A stretch of 60,465 bases of DNA from Candidatus Dojkabacteria bacterium (GTDB taxonomy: Bacteria > Patescibacteriota > Dojkabacteria > SC72): contig JBAYOB010000002.1 of the NCBI GenBank assembly GCA_041678505.1, positions 1-60,465 of the forward strand, read 5' to 3'. Shown in pieces: positions 9,321 through 19,547 of the stretch. How positions within the stretch are numbered: the stretch's first letter is position 1; each line of letters starts with the position of its first letter. The position numbers were made by a program, and so were the translations under genes. The notes under the pieces are model-generated. The model saw only the letters and a list, made by a program, of their open reading frames with translations, did no database searches and was not told the origin of the DNA.

Positions 9321-10706
9321 ATGGATATATCATTGAAAGATTTAGCTGAGAGATTCCCTGAATTTAGTGTTAAGAATTATGATGAGGATGCCTTTTTTGT
9401 AGGTTTTAGTCATGATTCAAGAACTATTAAAGAGAATGAATTATTTATCCCAATAGTAGGTGAGAAATTTGATGGTCATAATTATATTTTTGAGGCGTTT
9501 GAAAATGGTGCTTCAATAGCGATATGTGTTAAGGAGAAATATAATCCTGATTGGGATGGTTTAAATATGCCAATAGTTATAGTTAAGTCGATAGAGGATG
9601 GTCTACAAAAAATACTTAATTATGCTATTTCACACATTACTGCACCAGTTGTTGGGATAACAGGTAGTACAGGTAAGACAACTACTAAAGGTATGTTAGT
9701 AACTATTTTAAAAAGTCAAATGAAAGTACTTCATGCAGATAGATCTAATACTGTTTGGGGTAACGCGGTTATACTTAGTAAGTATAATGATCATGATGTT
9801 GTTGTTTTGGAATGTGGAATGGATAGGAAAGGTGAGATAGCTTGGCATGTTAATTCTATAGATCCTGACTTAGGCATTCTTCTAAATGTAGGACACGTTC
9901 ATGCTGAGAAGGTAGGTACTATTGAGGATGTGTACAAGGAGAAGAAAGACTTGGCTGATTATATGGAAAGAACAGGAAAACCTCTTGTATTAAATATAGA
10001 CGATGAGAGATTAAGTAGGATATATGAGAATTACAGAGAGGGTGCAGAATTAATAACGATTGGACAGAGAGAAGATGCTGATTTTGTAATATCAGATATT
10101 AAAACAGATAAATCAGGCACTCATTTTAAGTTTAGTTACTATGACAATGCTCTCTCAGTTAGCCTCAAAATCTTTGGAGAGGGATATGCTTACAACGCAA
10201 TGGCTGCGATAGCGACAGCAAATAGATTAGGAGTTTCTATTGATAATTGTATAAAAGGAGTGGAATTATTTGAAAACAATGAAGGGAGATTTGAAAAATT
10301 AGAATATAAGGATAGGATTACAATAGTAAACGATGCATATAATGCAAATCCAACATCAATGGATATGGCTTTGAAAACCTTTTATCAGATCTGTCCAAGT
10401 AATGACTATCATAGAATTGTTGTATTAGGAGATATGAAAGAGTTAGGAGAGGTTTCTTCTGAAGAGCACAAGAGATTGGGAGAAATTGTAAAATCATATA
10501 ATTTTGAAGAAGTGTACTATGTGGGTGAGATGTATGATGATTTTAATTATGGAGAATATCTAGAATCCTCCGATGAGGTGGCAGCAATGTTAAATATTAG
10601 ATTTGAAGAGCTTAAGGAAAAGAAAATAGCAGTGCTGTTAAAATCTAGTAATAGTATTGGCTTGTATCAGGTACCAGATTTCCTTAAAAAACTAGGAGTT
10701 ATTTAG
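9321..10706 (+). CDS. murF: UDP-N-acetylmuramoyl-tripeptide--D-alanyl-D-alanine ligase MurF
   Basis: DSRTIKENELFIPIVGEKFDGHNY, GITGSTGKTTTKGML, VLECGMDRKGEI and NDAYNANPTSM. Confidence 0.8.
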   Translation: MDISLKDLAERFPEFSVKNYDEDAFFVGFSHDSRTIKENELFIPIVGEKFDGHNYIFEAFENGASIAICVKEKYNPDWDGLNMPIVIVKSIEDGLQKILNYAISHITAPVVGITGSTGKTTTKGMLVTILKSQMKVLHADRSNTVWGNAVILSKYNDHDVVVLECGMDRKGEIAWHVNSIDPDLGILLNVGHVHAEKVGTIEDVYKEKKDLADYMERTGKPLVLNIDDERLSRIYENYREGAELITIGQREDADFVISDIKTDKSGTHFKFSYYDNALSVSLKIFGEGYAYNAMAAIATANRLGVSIDNCIKGVELFENNEGRFEKLEYKDRITIVNDAYNANPTSMDMALKTFYQICPSNDYHRIVVLGDMKELGEVSSEEHKRLGEIVKSYNFEEVYYVGEMYDDFNYGEYLESSDEVAAMLNIRFEELKEKKIAVLLKSSNSIGLYQVPDFLKKLGVI

Positions 10707-10726
10707 ATATAGATATTCCTTGAAAG

Positions 10727-12025
10727 TTAACATTCCTCTATCCATTTTAAGTCTGCGCCTAATCTGTTTAAGTTTTCCACAAAGTTTGGATGAGCTCTTT
10801 TTATAGAATCGGCATCCTCTATTATACTTTCTCCTTCTATTGTTAATGCAACCATCATTAAGGCTACTGTTGCTCTAATTATATTAGGGGCACTCACCTT
10901 AGTTGGATTTAAAGGTTTGTTACCATAGACTATTATTCTATGTGGATCACACATAACGACATGTGCTCCAAACTTAATTAGTTCTGGTATCCAAAAGAAA
11001 CCACCTTCATATAATTTATTCCAGAACATCATAGAACCTTCTGATTTTACAGCTAACGCTATCATTAATGGTAGTAAGTCTGCTGGGAAGTATGGCCAAG
11101 GAGCTGCCTCTAGTTTTTGCAAAAGATTTTTGGTGTATGGGTTTATTATTTTTAACTCCTGATTAGCCTTAACTATTGCAGTATCATCTTTGTATTCTAT
11201 CTCCACATTAAATTTCTTAAAGGCCTTGTTAATCAAAGGGAAATGTTCTGGTTCAGAATTATGAATTTTTATCTCTCCTCCTGTCATTGCCCCTAAAGCC
11301 AGTAAGGTTGTAATTTCATGGTGATCTGAACTTATTGTAAAATCAGTTCCTTTTAATTTTTCTACTCCTTTTATTGTAAGTTTAGAAGTCCCGATACCTT
11401 CTATTTTTGCCCCCATAGATTCTAGTAAGAAGCAAAGATCCTGTACATGAGGTTCAGAAGCGGCATTGACCATTGTTGATTCACCTTTGGCTTTTACAGC
11501 AGCCATTATGAAATTCTCAGTAGTAGTTACACTCATATAGTCTTGCCAGAGAAAACCTCCTCTTAATCCATCTGTGGTTTTTATCTTTAAATCATTATTG
11601 TATTCGACATCTGCTCCTAGACCTTCTAATACTTCTAAATGTGGATCTAGTTCCCTTATTCCTAGTGCACATCCACCAATTTCTTCCTTTGTTTCAATTA
11701 CTTTCATCCTAGATGTTAATGGTCCTAAAAGTAATACAGCTCCTCTCATACCAAGTGGAAATCCTTCTTCTCCAAAATCATCCTTAAAGTTTGAGTTATT
11801 AATTTTTATAATAGATTTCTTTTTATCCCAATCTATTTCTGACCCTAAAGAAACCATCAACTCTACAAGCTTATTCACATCAACCAAATCAGGAAAGTTT
11901 CTTAAGGTTACCGTTTCATCAGTTAACAGTGTTGCACAAAGAGCTGGTAATGCAGAATTCTTGTTTCCAGCAGGAGTAATCTCACCACTTAATCTGTTCC
12001 CTCCTTTTACAATTAAATTTGCCAT
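10727..12025 (-). CDS. murA: UDP-N-acetylglucosamine 1-carboxyvinyltransferase MurA
   Basis: IVKGGNRLSGEITPAGNKNSALP; catalytic-loop Cys context (EEIGGCALG); EPSP-synthase-fold length of 432 aa. Confidence 0.9.
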   Translation of the reverse strand: MANLIVKGGNRLSGEITPAGNKNSALPALCATLLTDETVTLRNFPDLVDVNKLVELMVSLGSEIDWDKKKSIIKINNSNFKDDFGEEGFPLGMRGAVLLLGPLTSRMKVIETKEEIGGCALGIRELDPHLEVLEGLGADVEYNNDLKIKTTDGLRGGFLWQDYMSVTTTENFIMAAVKAKGESTMVNAASEPHVQDLCFLLESMGAKIEGIGTSKLTIKGVEKLKGTDFTISSDHHEITTLLALGAMTGGEIKIHNSEPEHFPLINKAFKKFNVEIEYKDDTAIVKANQELKIINPYTKNLLQKLEAAPWPYFPADLLPLMIALAVKSEGSMMFWNKLYEGGFFWIPELIKFGAHVVMCDPHRIIVYGNKPLNPTKVSAPNIIRATVALMMVALTIEGESIIEDADSIKRAHPNFVENLNRLGADLKWIEEC

Positions 12026-12046
12026 TAAAGTAAATTTTAAACTTAT

Positions 12047-13216
12047 CTAAATTCCTATACTATCCATAATAGTATGAATAGCATCAGTAGGAAATGCTCT
12101 TGCAACTTTTTCCCCATCAAAAGCTTTCTCTTTTTTATAAAAGTTTTTCATTCTTAAAATTAAACACTCAGGAGTTAATTCTCCCTCTCTTATTATATCT
12201 GCTAGACCTAAATCTTGTAATATTTTGGCATTTTCATACTGTTCATTATGAGGAACCCATGGTATCGGTATGAAGATGGAGGGTATTTTTAGTACTCCCA
12301 TTTCATATACAGTATTTGCTCCTGCCCTGCCCACAAACATATCTATATTATTAAATAGAAACCCAATCTCATCTTTATCAACATATTTAGTTATAATTAA
12401 TCTATCTTTTAATTCTACAGGAAGTTTCTTTTTTTCTTTTTTAAGAAGATCATAATCTTGATATTTTTTGTTATCTCCAGTCTGTAAGACTATTTGGAAA
12501 CTTTCGAGTATAAAAGGAAGTGCATCTTGTATGGTAGTATTGATAATATGAGAACCAAGACTTCCTCCTGAAATATATACGATTGGGAACTCTTCCTGTT
12601 TCTCTATCATAGTTTTTAAAGGTTGAACTATTTCCCCTTTTCCACTCTTGTTAAATATTTCAGGTCTGACTAAGTTGCCAGTATGAATTGTTCTATCCTT
12701 TGGGAAATATTTAGAAGATACAGTAAAAGTAACAAAGATTTTTTTAGCTATCTTACTAACGATTCTGTTGGAAAGAATTATTGCAGCTACCTGCTCGTGT
12801 AGATAAACATCTGCTCTGTACAGTTTGGCTACAATACATACGGGTAGCGTAACAAAACCACCTGTGGAAATTACGATATCTGGTTTAAATTTTCTGATAA
12901 TTTTAAAAGAGTCAAAAAATGCAAGAAAAACTCTTAAGAGAAGATATATGGCTTTCAAAGATATTTTCCTTTGAAGCTTACCAGCTCTGATATATTCTTG
13001 ATTGAATTCTTCAGAAGCAAAGATTTTCTTTTCTAAAGACATCCCTGGCTTCTCATCTTCCATACCTAGATCTCCTCCAACATAGAGGAAGTTTCTGTTG
13101 TTTAACAAGTACTTTTTATTTATAGCGTTAATAATTGCTGATGCTGTTGATATATGGCCTCCCGATCCTCCTCCCGTTACGATTATTCTTTTTTCTAATT
13201 CTTTCCTATTGTCCAT
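12047..13216 (-). CDS. murG: Undecaprenyldiphospho-muramoylpentapeptide beta-N-acetylglucosaminyltransferase MurG
   Basis: VTGGGSGGHISTA N-terminal G-loop, GGSLGS, RAGANTVYE; adjacent to ftsW. Confidence 0.8.
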   Translation of the reverse strand: MDNRKELEKRIIVTGGGSGGHISTASAIINAINKKYLLNNRNFLYVGGDLGMEDEKPGMSLEKKIFASEEFNQEYIRAGKLQRKISLKAIYLLLRVFLAFFDSFKIIRKFKPDIVISTGGFVTLPVCIVAKLYRADVYLHEQVAAIILSNRIVSKIAKKIFVTFTVSSKYFPKDRTIHTGNLVRPEIFNKSGKGEIVQPLKTMIEKQEEFPIVYISGGSLGSHIINTTIQDALPFILESFQIVLQTGDNKKYQDYDLLKKEKKKLPVELKDRLIITKYVDKDEIGFLFNNIDMFVGRAGANTVYEMGVLKIPSIFIPIPWVPHNEQYENAKILQDLGLADIIREGELTPECLILRMKNFYKKEKAFDGEKVARAFPTDAIHTIMDSIGI

Positions 13217-14399
13217 TATTTGTGTTGTACCTACTTATATTTAATAGTATAGCAATACCTATGAGGGTTACAAGCGTATTTGAGCCACCATAACTTATAA
13301 AGGGAGAAGGTAATCCTGTAAGAGGCATTAATCCAACATTGGCAGCCATATTCATTAAAGCTTGTAGAACTAGCCAAATAGTAATTCCAGATGCTAAAAG
13401 TTTTCCCTGTTTATCCTGAGTATTTGTTGCTATTTTAAGCCCTCGCCAAAGGAAGAATAACCAACCTAAAATTAGTACTACTCCTCCTACCAAACCTAGC
13501 TCTTCTAAAATTATGGCAAAAGTTGAATCTGTAAATGCGGTGTTTTCCACTAAATACCCAAATCTTTGTCTTGATTGACCAAATCCTTTTCCTAAAAAAC
13601 CACCTGAACCTATCCCTATTAAAATCTGTTGCATTTGGTATCCGCTCCCTTGAGCATCTGCAACATCTCCTGTGAGGAGTAATGTTAAAAAGGTTTGTAT
13701 TCTTTTGAGACGATAAGGTTCTAGTATAGCGGCAAGTATACCAACAGGAATAACTAGTAAAATTATACCTATTGAACTTAGAGTATGCTTTTTATCCTCA
13801 CTTGCCATTAAGAACATTATGAAGGAAGTTATACATATTATTACTGCAGTACCAAGATCAGGTTGGAGTACTATAAGAGATGTGATAGTACCAAGAATTA
13901 CTAGCAGTTTAGTTGATTTGCTATTAATTATCTTATCAAAGGTACCCTTTATATTTTTCTGTGTAGTGTCTGTTTTTGATAACCATCCTGAAAGGAATAT
14001 TGTCAATATTATTTTCAGAAATTCAGCTGGCTGTATATCTACAGGTCCTATGGACAACCATCTTTTTGCTCCATTTATCTTTTCACCAAATATTAATACA
14101 GCTATTAAAAGAAAGATTGTTACTATCAGTAACAAAGTGGAGATTTTTATTAGTTTTTTATAATCCCAGAAGTATATGAGTAAAGCAGGAATAGAACCTA
14201 GGAGTAACCAGATTACTTGTAATTTCAGGAAATGAAATTGATCGTTAAATACTGCTGTAGCTTGATATACGCTGGCATCAAAGATCATAATAGCACCAAA
14301 TATAGCCATGAAAATAGCAAAATAGAGAACAAACTTATCAGGCTTGCCTTTACTTAAATTTCTTTCAGTCCTTCTTTTTTTTACTACTCTTCTCGACAT
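13206..14399 (-). CDS. ftsW: SEDS-family peptidoglycan glycosyltransferase FtsW/RodA
   Basis: About 10 TM segments; QPDLGTAVI, SGYQMQQILIGIGSGGFLGKGFG, TDSTFAIILEELG and PLTGLPSPFISYGGSN motifs. Confidence 0.8.
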   Translation of the reverse strand: MSRRVVKKRRTERNLSKGKPDKFVLYFAIFMAIFGAIMIFDASVYQATAVFNDQFHFLKLQVIWLLLGSIPALLIYFWDYKKLIKISTLLLIVTIFLLIAVLIFGEKINGAKRWLSIGPVDIQPAEFLKIILTIFLSGWLSKTDTTQKNIKGTFDKIINSKSTKLLVILGTITSLIVLQPDLGTAVIICITSFIMFLMASEDKKHTLSSIGIILLVIPVGILAAILEPYRLKRIQTFLTLLLTGDVADAQGSGYQMQQILIGIGSGGFLGKGFGQSRQRFGYLVENTAFTDSTFAIILEELGLVGGVVLILGWLFFLWRGLKIATNTQDKQGKLLASGITIWLVLQALMNMAANVGLMPLTGLPSPFISYGGSNTLVTLIGIAILLNISRYNTNNGQ

Positions 14400-14429
14400 A
14401 TAGTAATTATTAATATACTATATTAACGT

Positions 14430-15047
14430 ATGGAGAAGAAGAGACGAAGTAAAGGAGATGGTTATCTTTTTGTAGTTGGAGGTCCAGGATCTTCTGGGAG
14501 CACAGTAATTTCAGAGGAGTTAAGTAAATATTTCAACTTAAGAAGGATCTATGCGGGCTCTATATTTCGTACAATTATCCTAGAGAAAGGTTATGAGAAG
14601 GTAGAAGACTTTTATAAAGAGTCTAACAAAGAAGAACTACTAAAACTAGATATGCAGGTAGATAGATATCTTTTGGAGGAATCCAAAAAAAAGGATATCT
14701 TAATAGAATCAAAAATATTTGCAGGGATACTACATATAAAAGATATTCCTGCAACTGTCACCATATGGTTAGATGCATCTTTGCATGTTCGCACTTCAAG
14801 GTATTTAAATAAATTAAATTTAAGTAACTTTTGGACTAAACTACTGGAATATTTTAGAACTAGAAGAAATCTTAAAAAAAGATGGAGATTAGATAGTAAA
14901 AGATACAAAGATTTGTATGGAGTGGATTATAGTAAACCAAAGATGTACAATGATATTGTAATAGATTCTTCCAAGATGAATCAGGAAGAAACCTTTGATT
15001 TAATTTTAAAAAAAATAAAGGATGGACGATATCTTGAAAGTGAATGA
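14430..15047 (+). CDS. Archaeal-type cytidylate kinase-like P-loop NMP kinase
   Basis: P-loop VVGGPGSSGSTV; the layout IYAGSIFR...VTIWLDASLHVRTSRY...YGVDYS resembles short CMP kinases. Confidence 0.5.
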   Translation: MEKKRRSKGDGYLFVVGGPGSSGSTVISEELSKYFNLRRIYAGSIFRTIILEKGYEKVEDFYKESNKEELLKLDMQVDRYLLEESKKKDILIESKIFAGILHIKDIPATVTIWLDASLHVRTSRYLNKLNLSNFWTKLLEYFRTRRNLKKRWRLDSKRYKDLYGVDYSKPKMYNDIVIDSSKMNQEETFDLILKKIKDGRYLESE

Positions 15048-15240
15048 GCAAAGTAATACTAATTCTCTACAGGATCAAGAGAATTATAATCCTAATTATG
15101 TAACTCCTGATGATTTAGATAGTAGATGGCTACGTTGGAAATGTCTAGTATGTGGGTATATTTACGAAGGGGTTACACCAATTAAGGTTTGTCCAAAATG
15201 TGGGAATCAAGATCCTGATAAATTTGATGATGCTGAGTAG
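15022..15240 (+). CDS. Rubredoxin-like zinc-ribbon protein
   Basis: WKCLVCGYIYEG...CPKCG (CxxC...CxxC); the start is uncertain and the ORF overlaps the preceding gene by 26 nt. Confidence 0.5.
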   Translation: MDDILKVNEQSNTNSLQDQENYNPNYVTPDDLDSRWLRWKCLVCGYIYEGVTPIKVCPKCGNQDPDKFDDAE

Positions 15241-15250
15241 TTGTTTTCTA

Positions 15251-15334
15251 TGCCGGGAGAGGGAATCGAACCCTCACTCTATTGCTAGAACGGGATTTTA
15301 AGTCCCGCGCGTCTGCCTTTTCCGCCATCCCGGC
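15251..15334 (-). tRNA. tRNA-Leu (anticodon UAA), long variable arm, no encoded CCA
   Basis: The reverse complement GCCGGGATGGCGGAAAAGGCAGACGCGCGGGACTTAAAATCCCG...GGGTTCGATTCCCTCTCCCGGCA folds as a cloverleaf with anticodon loop CTTAAAA. Confidence 0.85.
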
Positions 15335-15384
15335 CAATATCTAGGTATTTTAATCTAAAAAGTAGCTATTTTCAATAATATGAG

Positions 15385-15457
15385 AGGTGACGACGGGAGT
15401 CGAACCCGTGATAGTGGTTTTGCAGACCACGGCCTTAACCAACTTGGCTACGTCACC
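15385..15457 (-). tRNA. tRNA-Cys (anticodon GCA)
   Basis: Reverse complement: GGTGACGTAGCCAAGTTGGTTAAGGCCGTGGTCTGCAAAACCACTATCACGGGTTCGACTCCCGTCGTCACCT. It has anticodon loop CTGCAAA, discriminator U73 and an A13:A22 mismatch, all typical of tRNA-Cys. Confidence 0.85.
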
Positions 15458-15464
15458 AAGGGAA

Positions 15465-16868
15465 TTAATAATCAAGTACATCCTTTATAGTAGCTATTTC
15501 AAAGATAAGGTCATTTTCTTTATTTTTTATTGAGCTACCAGTAATAATAGCAATTTTGTCTGTTAAATCCAACTCTCCGTAGGTATAAATGGTCTGTATT
15601 GCTCTTGTAATGCTCTCATCTCTATCATCGGAAAGACCTTTAACATAGAAAGACTTTACATTTCTAAAAATACAATCCTGCCTTACTCTTTCAAAGTTTG
15701 AACTAATAGACCATATTGGAACGGATGGTCTATGTCGAGAGATACTTGCAACAGTCCCTTTTTCATCTGAGAAAACAGCTATTCCTTTTAATGGGAGACT
15801 TTCACTAAGAAGTGCTACATTCCTAGATATTTCATCTACTTCTTCATTGGCAGAGGTAGTGCCGTATATAGGAGATAGCTGCATAATAGATTCTGTATTT
15901 AATGCAATTTTATTCATAACCTTTACGGCATCTATTGGATTTTTCCCAGTAGATGTCTCTGCAGAAAGCATTAAAGCATCAGCACCATCCATTATTGCAT
16001 TTGCAACATCAGAAACTTCGGCTCTAGTAGGTTTAATATTATCCTTCATTGATTCAAGCATTTGTGTTGCTACAATTACTGGCTTACCTTTAGCTCTACA
16101 TTTATATATCATCTGCTTCTGTAGTATAGGGATATTTTCTAATGGTGTTTCCACACCTAAATCTCCTCTTGCAATCATTACAACATCGGTAATTTCAAGT
16201 ATTTCATCAAAATTCTCAACTCCTTCTTTGTTTTCTATCTTCGCAATAATTTTAATATTGGAATCTCCTATTATTTCTTTTACATGGAGAATATCATTCT
16301 TACTCCTTACAAAAGAGATTGATAAAAAGTCTAGGTTTTGACTTACAGCAATCTGAATATCTTTTATATCTTTCTCTGTTACAGTTGGGAAGTTTAAATT
16401 AATACTAGGAATATTTACCGTTTTGTTTGGTTTAAGTAAGCCGGGTTGTATTACATCACAGATGAGTTCTGTACCTTTTATTTCTGTTACTTTTAATTCT
16501 ATTGAGCCATCATCTAAAAAGATACTTGTATCTTTTGCTAAAAGAAGATGTAAATCGGGATATGAAACTTTAATACTGTTTGGTGTGGAAGAATTAAAAG
16601 AAGAAAGGGAAACTCTGTTTTTTATCTCAATGGTTTTTTTTAAGTCTCTTACTCTTATTTTAGTTCCTTTTGTATCAAGCATTACTGCTATTCTCGGAGA
16701 GATTTCTCTTAATGTTTTTGTTACTCTAGTAATTTCTTCTAAATCAGCAAATGAAGCGTTTATCCTTGCTATTTCCATTCCATTCTTGAACATTTCTGTG
16801 AGAACACCTCTGTCCCAAGTAGATGGTCCTATTGTTGCTATTATTTTGGTTGCTGCTAAGTTTTTCAT
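15465..16868 (-). CDS. pyk: Pyruvate kinase
   Basis: TKIIATIGPS, ARINASF, MLDTKGTKIR, IIAKIENKEGVENFDEI, MIARGDLGVE and VATQMLESM motifs. Confidence 0.85.
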   Translation of the reverse strand: MKNLAATKIIATIGPSTWDRGVLTEMFKNGMEIARINASFADLEEITRVTKTLREISPRIAVMLDTKGTKIRVRDLKKTIEIKNRVSLSSFNSSTPNSIKVSYPDLHLLLAKDTSIFLDDGSIELKVTEIKGTELICDVIQPGLLKPNKTVNIPSINLNFPTVTEKDIKDIQIAVSQNLDFLSISFVRSKNDILHVKEIIGDSNIKIIAKIENKEGVENFDEILEITDVVMIARGDLGVETPLENIPILQKQMIYKCRAKGKPVIVATQMLESMKDNIKPTRAEVSDVANAIMDGADALMLSAETSTGKNPIDAVKVMNKIALNTESIMQLSPIYGTTSANEEVDEISRNVALLSESLPLKGIAVFSDEKGTVASISRHRPSVPIWSISSNFERVRQDCIFRNVKSFYVKGLSDDRDESITRAIQTIYTYGELDLTDKIAIITGSSIKNKENDLIFEIATIKDVLDY

Positions 16869-16955
16869 AAGGGCAGTACTGATGTAAAAAGTATAGCATA
16901 GGTAATGAATCTTAGTACAGAGAAGAAAAATGTTATGGGGCTATGAAAGAAAAGT

Positions 16956-17384
16956 TTGAATATGGTATATTTGTTCATGAAAAAATCTATAAAATCTCTG
17001 TTAGTATATCTTTTAATATCATATTTTGTATTTACTCTCTTTGAGCAAGCAGTTAAATTACCTCAGAAATTTATTTATCTTGTTTTAGTTTTGTTAATAC
17101 TTTCTTTTACTGTGATGATTGCATGCCCTTTGTTAAACTTTCTCACGATAAAATGTAAATTTCCTACATTTCTTCTTATGTCTACCCTGTTACTTGCAGG
17201 GGTTCTCTACGGTCTTAAATTATTTATGATTGATTTTTATATTGAAGAATTCCTCTTCGAAGGTTTTAACTTAGGCTTTGTACAAATAGAGAGTTTTGAT
17301 GTAATACCCATTTTTACTATCTTTATGCTTGCCTTTTTAGTTTCTCTTTTAAGTGCTTTTTTCAAAGAAATGGATACTGATTAA
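16956..17384 (+). CDS. Hypothetical integral membrane protein
   Basis: Four hydrophobic segments; the likely true start is the internal ATG (MKKSIKS) at 16977. Confidence 0.4.
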   Translation: MNMVYLFMKKSIKSLLVYLLISYFVFTLFEQAVKLPQKFIYLVLVLLILSFTVMIACPLLNFLTIKCKFPTFLLMSTLLLAGVLYGLKLFMIDFYIEEFLFEGFNLGFVQIESFDVIPIFTIFMLAFLVSLLSAFFKEMDTD

Positions 17385-17424
17385 AGATTTTCATTATTTT
17401 CCTCTTAGATGTTATAATTAAGGT

Positions 17425-17655
17425 ATGGACAATTTATTAAAAACTCTTTTAATATCACAGATAGTAGTTTGTATATTCTTAATATCCTCTATTCTTTTAC
17501 AAAACAGAGCTGAAGGATTAGGTAAGATGTTTGGTGGTGGAGGTGAGGTATTTAGGACAAAGAGAGGTTTTGAGAAATTTCTCTACTACTTTACTATTGT
17601 TTTAATAATACTCTTAGTGTTTCTTTCTTTAGCGATATTAAAGTATTCAGCATAG
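17425..17655 (+). CDS. secG: Preprotein translocase subunit SecG
   Basis: 76 aa with two TM helices flanking LLQNRAEGLGKMFGGGGEVF, the glycine-rich SecG signature. Confidence 0.6.
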   Translation: MDNLLKTLLISQIVVCIFLISSILLQNRAEGLGKMFGGGGEVFRTKRGFEKFLYYFTIVLIILLVFLSLAILKYSA

Positions 17656-17665
17656 TCCAATAAAT

Positions 17666-19441
17666 ATGGAATCAAAAAGAAGTAAAAATATCGAAAAACC
17701 AGAGAAATTCTCTATGAAGGAAGCTCTAACAGAGGTTCAGATAGAAGAAAGTAGGTTTGTTAAGAAAGAGAAATTTAGCATAAGAGATTTTTTGTGGAAT
17801 TATCCATCTTTGATTAAAAGGTTTTTTAATAGATTAATACCTTTTAGTTATATCTTTATCTTCTCGATAGTAGCAGTACTATTGCTGTTTTTACTAGAGT
17901 CTAATGTTATTGCAAGGATAGTAGATGACTCTAAGGTAAAAGATACTTTTGTAGAAGGATCTGTTGGAGCGATTTCTACATTCAACCCTCTGTTTGAATC
18001 GGGTAATTATGTGGATAGAGCTGTTCAAGAGTTGGTGTTTGATAGGTTTGTATATATAAATGGTGATGGAGAACTTGAAGAAGGGATTGCTAAGGAGTGG
18101 AGTATCTCTGATGATGGATTAACCTATGAGTTTAAAATTAAGGATGATATATATTGGCAAGATGGTACGAAGCTAAGTATAGAGGATGTTTTTTTTACCT
18201 TTGAAATTGCAAAAGTTTTAGCAGAGGAATACAGTTTTGATTCTGTTGGGATTTCTCTGATTGGTATAGAATTCCAAAAAAGTGGAAAAGATACGATACG
18301 TTTTAATCTAGAAGAGCCCAACCCTGCTTTTTTTGAAGCAATTTCTTTGTATATAGTACCCAAATCAAAATTAGAAGGAGAAGATTTAACTCAGTTACCT
18401 TTTAATATGTTCGCAAGATATCCTTTAGGTACAGGAAGATATATGGTTACTAGAACAGAACAGAATTCTGTGTATCTAACTGATAACAAGTATGACAAGT
18501 ATGATGCAGATGTTAAAAATATTGTATTAAAGGTTTTTCCTGATAAGGAGAGTTTAGAAATGTCTTTTAGAATAGGAGTTTTAGATGCTATTAGCGGTTG
18601 GGATTATGAATTAATGAGTTTTGTAGAAGAGTACAGTAATATTAAAGAATATTTAATGGTTGAGGAGAATAGGACTAAATTAATGTTCTTTAATATTAGA
18701 AAAGACTTTTTCAAAGAAAGAGATATTAGATTAGGTATCAATTACTTGATAGATAGAGAGAAACTATTAAAAGAATCAAATGTTGGTGCTATTGAGAGTA
18801 AAGGTCCTTTCTATGAGGAGTCATGGGCTTTTAATCAGGAGATGGAGTACTATGGTTATGATCCTGAAAAAGCCAAGACATATCTGTCAAATCTAGGCTA
18901 TGAAAAGAATGAGGATAGTGGATATTTTGAAAATAGTAATCAGGAAATTCTTTCTTTTACACTTAGTTACTTTGAAAGTGTTACTAATGAAAGGTTAGTA
19001 CGTATTTTACAGAACATGTTAAAGAAAGAAGGAGTAGTATTAAAATTAGAAAAGTTAAATTACAATCAAATAACACAAGAGATAATAGCTACACGAGATT
19101 TTGAAGTTTTACTTTATGAAGTAGAAACAACTATAGATCCTGACCAATATAATTTATGGCACTCTCTTAAAAGTAATTATCCTGATTTAAACATATCTGG
19201 TTACTCCTATGAAAGAGTTGATATACTACTTGAAGATGCTAGGAAAACTAAAGATAAAGCTTTGAGAAAGGAAAAATATGATCTATTTCAGAAATATCTT
19301 ATGGCAGATGCTCCTGTTGTCTTCCTATATAATCCAAGATTTTATTATTTTGTAAAAGACTCTATAACAGGTATCGATCTAGACAGTATAGATTACTCAT
19401 ATCAACGATTTTACAATATCCAAGATTGGAAAATAAGATAA
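17666..19441 (+). CDS. ABC transporter substrate-binding protein, family 5 (peptide/nickel type), membrane-anchored
   Basis: N-terminal TM anchor. The family-5 layout is present: NPLFESGNYVDRAVQELVFDRF, W.DG..L...DV.FTF, YPLGTGRYM and NRTKLMFFNI. Confidence 0.6.
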   Translation: MESKRSKNIEKPEKFSMKEALTEVQIEESRFVKKEKFSIRDFLWNYPSLIKRFFNRLIPFSYIFIFSIVAVLLLFLLESNVIARIVDDSKVKDTFVEGSVGAISTFNPLFESGNYVDRAVQELVFDRFVYINGDGELEEGIAKEWSISDDGLTYEFKIKDDIYWQDGTKLSIEDVFFTFEIAKVLAEEYSFDSVGISLIGIEFQKSGKDTIRFNLEEPNPAFFEAISLYIVPKSKLEGEDLTQLPFNMFARYPLGTGRYMVTRTEQNSVYLTDNKYDKYDADVKNIVLKVFPDKESLEMSFRIGVLDAISGWDYELMSFVEEYSNIKEYLMVEENRTKLMFFNIRKDFFKERDIRLGINYLIDREKLLKESNVGAIESKGPFYEESWAFNQEMEYYGYDPEKAKTYLSNLGYEKNEDSGYFENSNQEILSFTLSYFESVTNERLVRILQNMLKKEGVVLKLEKLNYNQITQEIIATRDFEVLLYEVETTIDPDQYNLWHSLKSNYPDLNISGYSYERVDILLEDARKTKDKALRKEKYDLFQKYLMADAPVVFLYNPRFYYFVKDSITGIDLDSIDYSYQRFYNIQDWKIR

Positions 19442-19452
19442 TATAATATCTC

Positions 19453-19536
19453 TGCCAAGAGGGGGAGTCGAACCCCCACCCTATTTCTAGGACTACGTCC
19501 TGAACGTAGCGTGTCTGCCTATTTCACCATCTTGGC
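19453..19536 (-). tRNA. tRNA-Leu (anticodon CAG), long variable arm
   Basis: The reverse complement GCCAAGATGGTGAAATAGGCAGACACGCTACGTTCAGGACGTAG...GGGGGTTCGACTCCCCCTCTTGGCA has anticodon loop TTCAGGA. Confidence 0.85.
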
Positions 19537-19547
19537 ATACACAGTAG

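Noticed and set aside
11574-16887. Long antisense ORFs inside murA (11574..12050), murG, ftsW (13819..14163, 13976..14179), the kinase gene (14612..14908) and pyk (15847..16341, 16423..16887)
   Set aside because: They are shadow frames opposite strongly conserved genes. Their products are Ser/Phe/Ile-rich, as expected from reverse-complement reading of AT-rich coding sequence.
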